From positions 1 to 24,442 of the IMG/VR virus record IMGVR_UViG_3300020042_003800: DNA of 24,442 nucleotides; one strand, given 5' to 3'. This DNA comes from a virus (Duplodnaviria; Caudoviricetes). The translations under genes and the position numbers were made by a program. Each line of letters begins with the position of its first letter. Within the stretch, counting starts at the first letter, position 1. Positions 17,287-24,442 of this stretch are shown piece by piece. The notes beneath the pieces are model-generated. The model had not been told where the DNA came from, ran no database searches, and worked only from the letters and a program-made list of their open reading frames with translations.

Positions 17287-17531
17287 GGCTTTCTGTGATC
17301 AAGAGCGTACGAGTTACGCTTCGCGGAATACCTGACGGTATAACTTTAGAAGATCTATCTGAGCTTTTGGATAGATCAAAATACAACGTAAGGAAGGCGT
17401 TAAAGAACATGCCTGACGTATACATAGATCGATGGGAAGTAGCACCAAGAGGGCAATACAAAGCTATTTGGTGCATCGTTACCCCACCAGAAGATTGTCC
17501 AAGACCACAAGGAGCTAGTCATGATAATTAA
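17283..17531 (+). CDS. Putative winged-HTH small protein
   Basis: DGITLEDLSELLDRSKYNVRKAL is HTH-like, followed by VYIDRW and PPEDCPRP. Confidence 0.65.
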   Translation: MRLSVIKSVRVTLRGIPDGITLEDLSELLDRSKYNVRKALKNMPDVYIDRWEVAPRGQYKAIWCIVTPPEDCPRPQGASHDN

Positions 17532-17817
17532 ACGAGCAATAGCTGTAGAGAGCCTTACAAAGGTTTGCGAGGAAAGCCTAAACCTAATCAAGCAATTGAT
17601 TGATGCTGACAACGAGGTGTATGGCAAGGGGTTTGAGGATGGCGTAGCGGCGCAAGTTAAAGTGCAACAGACTTTAAAACCATTGGTTGGGTTGACGGAT
17701 GAGGAGATTCAGAAGGCTTTAGGCGTAACTGCTGAGAGCTCCAACTGGAACATGGTCATGGTGCTCGAATGGGCAAAGAAAATTGAAATTGCAATACTGG
17801 AGAAAAACAATGGATGA
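17521..17817 (+). CDS. Hypothetical protein with GLTDEE...EKN module
   Basis: AAGGAG RBS; C-terminal PLVGLTDEEI...KIEIAILEKNNG. Confidence 0.7.
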   Translation: MIIKRAIAVESLTKVCEESLNLIKQLIDADNEVYGKGFEDGVAAQVKVQQTLKPLVGLTDEEIQKALGVTAESSNWNMVMVLEWAKKIEIAILEKNNG

Positions 17818-17962
17818 TGATATTCAAGACTACGTGCGCCTTTGGAAAGGGTTGACAGAAGACGAAGCAATTGAGCTTTTGCCTATTGGTGATTGGGAAA
17901 TTGAATCTACCTTAGTGTTTGCTCGAGCAATTGAAGCCAAACTCAAAGAAAAGAACACATGA
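17810..17962 (+). CDS. Small protein with GLT(D/E)..E...EKN module (50 aa, not in ORF track)
   Basis: Manual translation MDDDIQDYVRLWKGLTEDEAI...FARAIEAKLKEKNT. GGAG RBS and ATGA overlap with the next gene. Confidence 0.7.
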   Translation: MDDDIQDYVRLWKGLTEDEAIELLPIGDWEIESTLVFARAIEAKLKEKNT

Positions 17963-18645
17963 CCAAGCGAGTGGCAATACTGTGCCCATCTTACGACGGT
18001 AAGGTGGTATGTGACTTCAGTATCAGCATGGCTGTACTCTTCCAAAGAGCGGCTGTAGAGCGTCCTGACCTGCATATGAACCTTTACTTTTGGATGGGTG
18101 AAGCACTTCTACAAAAAGCCCGAAGCAACCTGTTTTGTGACGCCTACGACAACGGGTTTGACGAGATTGTGTTCATTGACGCTGACCAAGGGTTCACCGC
18201 TGATGCGTTCTTTGACCTGATTGACCATGACGTAGACGTTGTGGGTATACCTGTACCCATGAAGGTAGAGGACGAGAGGTACAACATTCGTCCAGAAGAT
18301 CCCGCCAAACACAAGTGGGATCCACAAACCAAGCTACTCGAGGTGGAATGTATTGGGACTGGGTTCATCAAGCTATCACGCAAGGCGATGAAGATCTTGT
18401 GGGACAAGGGAACGCCCTACTACGACGGAAAAGACAGAAGATTGATCTGCGACATACAGATCATCAATGGCGGGATGATCTCAGAGGATGTGCAGATCTG
18501 TAAGAAGCTCACAGATGAGGGGTTGAAGATCTACGTGGACATACGCCACACCTGCACTCATTTTGGAGTAAAAAAGTATTCAGGCGATTATCAAATGAAG
18601 TATGCCAAAACAGTCCTTGATGGGATACTGGGGAAGAGCGAATGA
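17959..18645 (+). CDS. GT-A fold glycosyltransferase-like protein
   Basis: VAILCPSY, ARSNL, FIDADQ (DxD), IGTGF, SEDVQIC and a terminal H-x-G pattern. Confidence 0.8.
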   Translation: MTKRVAILCPSYDGKVVCDFSISMAVLFQRAAVERPDLHMNLYFWMGEALLQKARSNLFCDAYDNGFDEIVFIDADQGFTADAFFDLIDHDVDVVGIPVPMKVEDERYNIRPEDPAKHKWDPQTKLLEVECIGTGFIKLSRKAMKILWDKGTPYYDGKDRRLICDIQIINGGMISEDVQICKKLTDEGLKIYVDIRHTCTHFGVKKYSGDYQMKYAKTVLDGILGKSE

Positions 18646-18809
18646 CGGAGCAAGCAACAATTGAAGAGCTGATAATCAAAGTGCAGGAACTTGAGTCAAA
18701 GCTAAAACACGCCCAAACAAAAGCCGCAAACCTTGAGAAACAAAACAAAGAATTCAAGCTAACCATCAAGGACATGGATAGAAGGATCATGAGAGGTTTG
18801 AAGGACTGA
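18642..18809 (+). CDS. Small coiled-coil protein (55 aa, not in ORF track)
   Basis: Manual translation MTEQATIEELIIKVQELESKLK...GLKD, with ATGA overlap. Confidence 0.7.
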   Translation: MTEQATIEELIIKVQELESKLKHAQTKAANLEKQNKEFKLTIKDMDRRIMRGLKD

Positions 18810-18848
18810 TTGCACACAAAGCAAAAGATCCGTTAAACTTTGCGTTAA
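18810..18848 (+). promoter_or_regulatory. Promoter upstream of terS with operator-like site
   Basis: TTGCAC-18 nt-TAAACT; TAAAC-N5-GTTAA at 18834-18848; AAGGAG RBS follows. Confidence 0.55.
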
Positions 18849-18857
18849 AGGAGTTCA

Positions 18858-19421
18858 GTGATGGCAAAGAAACCAAAAGATCTTTCCAGCGACACAGTCG
18901 CCGATGTGACAGGTAAGCCGCAAACAAAAGAGAAGCCAACCATGGGTAGACCCTCCATCTACTCAGATGCATTAGCTATCAAGATCTGTACAAGGCTAGG
19001 ATTAGGTGAGAGTCTACGCAAGATATGCTTAGACGATGACATGCCAAGCATGGCGTCCGTAATGACGTGGTTGACCACCAAGGCTGACTTTCTTGAGCAA
19101 TACACCCGCGCACGTGAGATTCAAGCTGAGACGCAGTTCGATGAAATGATCGACATTGTTGACCAGCCACCAGAGCTGAGCCACGTGACTGACAAAAACG
19201 GTGAGCTGGTTGAGGTTAAGTTTGACTCCTCATACGTGCAGTGGATGAAGCTTCGCATTGACACTCGCAAGTGGACAGCGGCGCGCATGGCGCCTAAGAA
19301 GTACAACGAGCGGGTAATGCCCTCTGAGGAGCTGGACGACCGCAACATCATTGACGTAGACGTCAAGGCGAAGATGGATGTAGCGATCAAGCGCTTAGAG
19401 CTTATTCGGATTGCTGAATGA
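18858..19421 (+). CDS. terS: Terminase small subunit (Sf6 gp1-like)
   Basis: GRPSIYS..ICTRL..GESLRKIC....MPS...V..WL, QYTRARE and RIDTRKW...MAPKKY motifs, directly upstream of terL. Start is 18858 (GTG) or 18861 (ATG). Confidence 0.9.
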   Translation: MMAKKPKDLSSDTVADVTGKPQTKEKPTMGRPSIYSDALAIKICTRLGLGESLRKICLDDDMPSMASVMTWLTTKADFLEQYTRAREIQAETQFDEMIDIVDQPPELSHVTDKNGELVEVKFDSSYVQWMKLRIDTRKWTAARMAPKKYNERVMPSEELDDRNIIDVDVKAKMDVAIKRLELIRIAE

Positions 19422-20854
19422 GCGCTCTGATAGAACCAGAGATTCTGGAGATCTTGTCTGACAAGGACAACCTGCGCAGGAGCGGCCCCTTTCACGGCTC
19501 AGCCTACGCCAAGCGCACGGAATGGCTCTCAGGGGCGTTCAATCATCAGAAGCTACCCCAAGGTACATGGTGGTCTATCTGGCTCATGCTGGCTGGTCGT
19601 GGTGCAGGCAAGACCCGAACAGCGGCTGAACAGATCTGGTGGTGGGCGTGGGAGAACCCGAACACCCGCTGGCTGGTCTCCGCCCCTACGTCTATGGACG
19701 TCAGGGGTACGTGCTTTGAGGGCGAGTCAGGACTCATGGCTGTGATCCCGCCAATCCTGATCAGGGACTACAACAAAGCCCTGCACGAGATCGTCCTGAT
19801 CAACGGTAGCCTGATCAAAGGGATCAGCGCCAGCGAGCCTGATCGTTTCCGTGGTGGTCAGTATCACGGTGCATGGCTCGATGAGCTTGCCGCTTGGGAT
19901 TACCTCGACGAAGCTTGGTACAACATTCAGTTCGCCGTCCGACTCAAGAAGGCTGATGGCAGAACGCAGATCCTTGCCACAACTACCCCACGTCCAAAAG
20001 ACCTGATCGTAGAGCTTGTAGGGCGTGAAGGAGACGACGTAGCCCTGACGACGGCATCTACCTACGTGAACCTAGCTAACCTTGCTCCAAGCTTCCAAAA
20101 GCAGATCCTCAGCTATGAGGGAACCAAGATCGGCAGGCAGGAGATCCACGCTGAGCTGATCGACCCAGAAGAGTCAGGCATCGTCAAGCGGGAGATGTTT
20201 AAGCTGTGGGCGCCAAACAAGGCGTTCCCCAAGTTCGAGTACATCCTGCAAAGCTACGATTGCGCCAGCTCAGAGAAGACTGTCAACGATCCGACAGCGG
20301 CCATCACGTTCGGTGTGTTCAAGCCCCTTGATGGCCCCATGTCCGCCATGGTGATCGACTGCTGGCAGGACAGGCTTCAGTATCCAGACCTTCGCCCCAA
20401 GGTGATTGAGGAGTACGACGTGGTGTACGGTGAGGGCAAGGACAAGAAGCGCGTAGACCTGATCCTCGTGGAAGATAAGTCCGCTGGCATAGCACTGATC
20501 CAAGACTTACAGCGTGCGCACATGCCAGTACGGGCGTACAACCCCGGCAGGGCTGACAAGATCCAGCGCCTTAACATTGTCTCCAACATCATCGCCGCTG
20601 GGCGTGTATGGATTCCTGAGAGCAGTGTCAGGAAGGGCTACGTCAAGGACTGGGCTGAGGGCTTTGTGTCTCAGATATGTAGCTTCCCTGACTCGACTCA
20701 CGACGACTTCGTGGACGCCTGCACCCAAGGGCTACGGTTCCTACGCGACTCAGGTTGGCTGGACATCGACGGAGCACCAAGGGACGACTACGACATGGAC
20801 GACTACATTGACAGTGGCATGGCTAAGAAGCTCGAGAACCCGTACGCCGCATGA
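19418..20854 (+). CDS. terL: Terminase large subunit
   Basis: Walker A AGRGAGKT, Walker B WLDE, motif III TTTP, nuclease motifs SYD and HDDFVDA. Confidence 0.95.
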   Translation: MSALIEPEILEILSDKDNLRRSGPFHGSAYAKRTEWLSGAFNHQKLPQGTWWSIWLMLAGRGAGKTRTAAEQIWWWAWENPNTRWLVSAPTSMDVRGTCFEGESGLMAVIPPILIRDYNKALHEIVLINGSLIKGISASEPDRFRGGQYHGAWLDELAAWDYLDEAWYNIQFAVRLKKADGRTQILATTTPRPKDLIVELVGREGDDVALTTASTYVNLANLAPSFQKQILSYEGTKIGRQEIHAELIDPEESGIVKREMFKLWAPNKAFPKFEYILQSYDCASSEKTVNDPTAAITFGVFKPLDGPMSAMVIDCWQDRLQYPDLRPKVIEEYDVVYGEGKDKKRVDLILVEDKSAGIALIQDLQRAHMPVRAYNPGRADKIQRLNIVSNIIAAGRVWIPESSVRKGYVKDWAEGFVSQICSFPDSTHDDFVDACTQGLRFLRDSGWLDIDGAPRDDYDMDDYIDSGMAKKLENPYAA

Positions 20855-21585
20855 GAGTCGCATACGTCACCCCCTACTTCAAGGAAGAGCCGCAAGTGCT
20901 GGAGCGGTGCATCAAGAGCGTGGAGGCTCAGACCATCAAGGGCGATCACTTCCTTATCAGCGACGGTCACCCACAGGACTGGGTTGCCAATAGGGTGGCT
21001 AGGCACATCCCACTTGGCAAGTCCCACGGCGACTATGGCAACACCCCTCGAGGGATCGGCGCCCAGCTTGCGGTCAGTGAGGGATACGACGCCATTGGGT
21101 TTTTAGATGCTGACAACTGGATTGACCCTAACCACACCAAGGAGTGCCTGACCACAGCCATTGGTAACTACGGCTCACCAGTCAACTGTGACTACGTGGT
21201 GGCTAGACGCAGATTTGTTCGCCCTGACATGACCGTCCTTAACATGCCAGACGACAGCTCACTGATTGACACAAGCTGTTTCTTTTTCCTGCGTGGCGCC
21301 TTTCCCATGCTCCCAACGTGGAACCTGATGCCCAAGGAGTTCTCCAACATAGGAGACAGGATCTTTGGCAAGCGCATACGTGAGGCAGGACTGAACAGCG
21401 CCACCAACAAGGCTGTGACCGTGAACTACCTGAACCTGTGGGCAAGCTCGTACCACGCCATGCACGAAACACCTCCGCCTGAAGCTAAGCCTAACGTAGA
21501 CGGCGGTAGCGGGTACAGGTGGTTGGCTGAGATGGACAGCAGGAACAAGGAGTTGGTTCACAGGCTGGTCGGATCAGATCTATGA
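20851..21585 (+). CDS. Family 2 (GT-A) glycosyltransferase
   Basis: VAYVTPYFKE, LISDG, FLDADN (DxD), IDTSC and GDR motifs; ATGA-coupled to terL. Confidence 0.85.
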   Translation: MRVAYVTPYFKEEPQVLERCIKSVEAQTIKGDHFLISDGHPQDWVANRVARHIPLGKSHGDYGNTPRGIGAQLAVSEGYDAIGFLDADNWIDPNHTKECLTTAIGNYGSPVNCDYVVARRRFVRPDMTVLNMPDDSSLIDTSCFFFLRGAFPMLPTWNLMPKEFSNIGDRIFGKRIREAGLNSATNKAVTVNYLNLWASSYHAMHETPPPEAKPNVDGGSGYRWLAEMDSRNKELVHRLVGSDL

Positions 21586-21614
21586 TGGACGAACGCCAAC
21601 ACCCAAGGTATCAT
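21586..21614 (+). promoter_or_regulatory. Sigma70-like promoter
   Basis: TGGACG-17 nt-TATCAT in the gap before the 599-aa gene. Confidence 0.55.
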
Positions 21615-21644
21615 TGGGACAACAGCAACTCAGCGGGATAAGCC

Positions 21645-23444
21645 ATGGCTGACATAAACACACCAGCGTTCTACCCACGAGTTGGGAACATCAGGTCTAA
21701 GAACTTTAGGTCAGCTCAGCCACCAGCCTTCGTCAACGATCCCAGAGCGATGGATCTGCCACAGTACGGCGACGTTGATTTAAGCGTTCCCACCCAAGCT
21801 AACCTTGAGATGGGTAGACGCATGGCTCAGCGTGATGCTGACCTCAAGCGCCAGCAAAGTGCTGACACATCCCCGCTTGAGAAGCTTGCTGGCGCGTTGC
21901 AGACGGTACGGCTTATGGGTTCAGCCCTAACGCAAGCCATCAACTCATTGCCTACCCGCATAGCCAAAGGCGACGAGGCGGCTGACAAGTTCATGCAAAA
22001 GCGCATGTACAAGCCTACACAACCCTTGGCTTATGAGTACGCAGGTGACGTAGGTAACTTTCTTGATCGCCTTGAGACTGAGTACAAAATCCCACCAGTG
22101 CTACCCGAGGCGATGGCGTTGCAATACCTGACAGGCCCAGCCACCTCCCAAGCTATGGGAACAGCAGGCAGGGGTGCGCAGGCTCTTGAGAGACGCCTAG
22201 ACCCCATGGTGACCAAAGCCCTTGAGGGTGGCGGTCTACAGCGTGACCTGCTGTTAGGCATAGGTCAGGGTACACAGGCAAACGTAGTCAAGCCAAAGGG
22301 CGGCGTGAACATCTCTAGCAACCCAGACACCATGATGATGGAATTGGCTAACAAAGAGCCTATGAAAGCCTCTGAGGCGCTGGGCAAGATCGAGGGTCGA
22401 CCACTGAAGATCACGCAGTCTGACCGCACTAAGGTTGGTGGTGGGTACTTGGGTGGCCCCGGCTTCTCAGGACTCCAACTGACCGAACCTGAGTACCGTG
22501 CGGCTGAGGCGGCATGGGGCGTACAAAACGCAGGCACAGCTAAGACCATCCTTGGTGGCGGTAAGAAGGGTGACAACCCTGTCTACGCCGCAATGATCGG
22601 TACGCCTACCCAGCACCAATCAAACCAGATGGTGTTTGACAAGCTGTTAGGTGACTTCAAGAAAGCCGCCAAGCGTGGTGAGTTGACGCCTGAACTGCGC
22701 GACTTGATCAATACGCGATTAGCCGCGTCCGTTGACAAAAAGGGTAATCCTGTGTTTCCCGCTGATGTTGACATCTTAGACAAAAACTTTAGGAACATTG
22801 CTGACACGTTCAGTCGTCGCTCCATAGCTGGTCACTTGATGGGTGGCGTACAGGTTGGTGGTAAGAAGGGTCAGATCATTGACTATGACAAGATTATCCG
22901 CAGTACGACAGACCCAGCGTTGCTAGACCTGCCCACTGGAGCATTAGGCAACCGCCTGTTCACCCTGAGCGGCGGGATTGTTGATCGCCCTGATCTGCAC
23001 CCAGCCTTTCCCGCGATCTTGCAAGGTGAGGACTTGGGTCTGACGTTTACCCCTGTGGAGCGCAACCTTGTCATGAAGGACTTTGTTGATAAGACCATGC
23101 GCGAGAAGAAACGGATGCCGGGCTACATGGACTACACCCGAGGTAACCCACCCACTCAGTTGATCACCGAAGACATCCTGACCGAGTTGCAGAAGCTTGG
23201 ACTTAAGAAGGGTGGAGCTGTCAAGCAACCAGCCGCCTACATCGATGGCAATGAGTTCGTGGAAGCCGCTCAGAAGTACGGCATCAAGGACAGCATGAGC
23301 AACCTGAACATGATCGTAAACCTTGTCAACAAGGGCTTGTCAGTAGATGATGCGGCACGTCAAGTTTCTGACAGTGGTATGCACAAAGCCAAAGGCGGTG
23401 AAGTATCTGGCGACGATTTAATCCTTGAAGAGAGACCACTATGA
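21645..23444 (+). CDS. Large multi-domain protein of unknown function (putative virion-associated)
   Basis: 599-aa ORF after terL. Central globular-looking region (QSDRT, GGPGF, HQSN, HPAFP) and C-terminal KKGG and AKGG motifs. Confidence 0.7.
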   Translation: MADINTPAFYPRVGNIRSKNFRSAQPPAFVNDPRAMDLPQYGDVDLSVPTQANLEMGRRMAQRDADLKRQQSADTSPLEKLAGALQTVRLMGSALTQAINSLPTRIAKGDEAADKFMQKRMYKPTQPLAYEYAGDVGNFLDRLETEYKIPPVLPEAMALQYLTGPATSQAMGTAGRGAQALERRLDPMVTKALEGGGLQRDLLLGIGQGTQANVVKPKGGVNISSNPDTMMMELANKEPMKASEALGKIEGRPLKITQSDRTKVGGGYLGGPGFSGLQLTEPEYRAAEAAWGVQNAGTAKTILGGGKKGDNPVYAAMIGTPTQHQSNQMVFDKLLGDFKKAAKRGELTPELRDLINTRLAASVDKKGNPVFPADVDILDKNFRNIADTFSRRSIAGHLMGGVQVGGKKGQIIDYDKIIRSTTDPALLDLPTGALGNRLFTLSGGIVDRPDLHPAFPAILQGEDLGLTFTPVERNLVMKDFVDKTMREKKRMPGYMDYTRGNPPTQLITEDILTELQKLGLKKGGAVKQPAAYIDGNEFVEAAQKYGIKDSMSNLNMIVNLVNKGLSVDDAARQVSDSGMHKAKGGEVSGDDLILEERPL

Positions 23445-24442
23445 GCCTTGTCAAATTAGGTGGGTTAGGCGCTAAAGCCACCAAGAAGACAGCCCCCTTC
23501 TACTCCGCTGTAGATGAAGCGCTGGCTAATCTAAAGCGACCCAAAGGTACAGGGATTGAGTTCTTGACCGAGGTGCTAAAACAGCCCGGCGTTAAGAAAG
23601 CTGAAATCGCCGACCGTAAGCTTGAGCAGGCATTCAAAGCCAAGGGCAAGATGACCAAGGAAGAGGCTCAGCAAGTATTAGCGGATAACCCTCCTCCCAA
23701 GGTTCAAGAGCGTATTTTGGAAGACATTGATGGCGATGAGCGTAGAAGGCTTCTTGATGACAAGATGGAGATTTATGGGTACGACAACTATCGTGAAGTG
23801 CCTATTCGACAGATGCGTGAATGGAATGCAGAGATTGATGCTGAAGCCGCAAAGTATGCCGACGACGATTACAGAACTCGGGGTGGTAGCAACTACCGTG
23901 AGATGCTACTGAAATTGCCACAGTCTTATACCGAAAAAGACTTTCATCGTTTGTTGATGCTAGAGGCAGAACAACGACGTGGTGACTTGACCCCTGAGCA
24001 AATTAAAGAGATGGCAGATTTGCAGGCAAAGAAGCAGACAGCCGCATCCAACTACTCATCTGGTCATTGGGATGATCCCAATGTGTTAGCTCACATGCGT
24101 GTGCAGGATAGGTTGATTGCTCAGCCCCCACAGAAGGGCTTCTACGTTGTCAACAAGACGTCTGGCAGGCAATCAGATATGTTTGACACGCCTGAGCAGT
24201 TGCAGGCGTATGTTGAGACTTTGCCTGAAAGCATTCGCAATAACGTGACTATGGCTCAGGGTGAACGCAAGGTTCCGCCAAGAAAGGTCTTGCAAATCGA
24301 AGAGATTCAATCTGACTGGCATCAAGCTGGGCGCAAGAAGGGATACAAGCCAGATGACTACATAGAGCAAAGCAATGCGTTAGAAAAAGAATTTAATGAC
24401 CTAGTTGTTAAACGCACTGATCTTCAAAAGCAAGCCATAAGT
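23441..24442 (+). CDS. Large protein, 3'-truncated, resembling domains of phage polyvalent/virion-delivered proteins (not in ORF track)
   Basis: ATGA overlap, frame open to the window end: MSLVKLGGLG...PFYSAV...GGSNYREMLL...HWDDPNVLAHMRVQDR...IEEIQSDWHQAGRKKGY. Confidence 0.75.
   Translation, partial: MSLVKLGGLGAKATKKTAPFYSAVDEALANLKRPKGTGIEFLTEVLKQPGVKKAEIADRKLEQAFKAKGKMTKEEAQQVLADNPPPKVQERILEDIDGDERRRLLDDKMEIYGYDNYREVPIRQMREWNAEIDAEAAKYADDDYRTRGGSNYREMLLKLPQSYTEKDFHRLLMLEAEQRRGDLTPEQIKEMADLQAKKQTAASNYSSGHWDDPNVLAHMRVQDRLIAQPPQKGFYVVNKTSGRQSDMFDTPEQLQAYVETLPESIRNNVTMAQGERKVPPRKVLQIEEIQSDWHQAGRKKGYKPDDYIEQSNALEKEFNDLVVKRTDLQKQAIS

Noticed and set aside
1-24442. Stop-codon reassignment, because the called genes I checked end in TAA or TGA rather than TAG
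   Set aside because: Genes are intact and densely packed under the standard code, with no TAG-interrupted genes. ATGA and TAATG overlaps explain much of the bias.

Overview
This window is part of a tailed dsDNA phage genome, probably podovirus-like. A freshwater Betaproteobacteria host is my inference from the style of the small gene families, not something the sequence proves. Layout: (1) 1-8077, the end of the virion module, with a 5'-truncated giant Ser/Thr/Gly-rich protein and three putative DNA-ejection/internal virion proteins, closed by an intrinsic terminator. (2) 8145-11922, a leftward early operon with a PD-(D/E)XK exonuclease, an SSB-like protein and small ORFs. (3) A divergent promoter region with no CI repressor gene. 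(4) 12059-18809, rightward genes: Cro/YdaS-like HTH, DUF1376-type replication initiator, RusA, a Ref/HNH-like nuclease, many small ORFs and two glycosyltransferases. (5) terS-terL, a third glycosyltransferase and two large proteins of unknown function, the last running off the window. Main leads, all inference: a possible virion-glycosylation system (three GT-A enzymes plus a protein with about 18 tandem N-X-S/T sequons and 44 Thr-Gly repeats); a shared [A/K]xGG motif on unrelated putative virion proteins; a TTAAC-N5-GTTAA operator at four promoters; a three-way-junction/pseudoknot RNA leader on the initiator gene; and a TonB-box-like heptapeptide. No tRNA, rRNA, CRISPR array, integrase, reverse transcriptase or lysis gene was recognised. 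All family assignments come from motif recognition by eye, not database searches.
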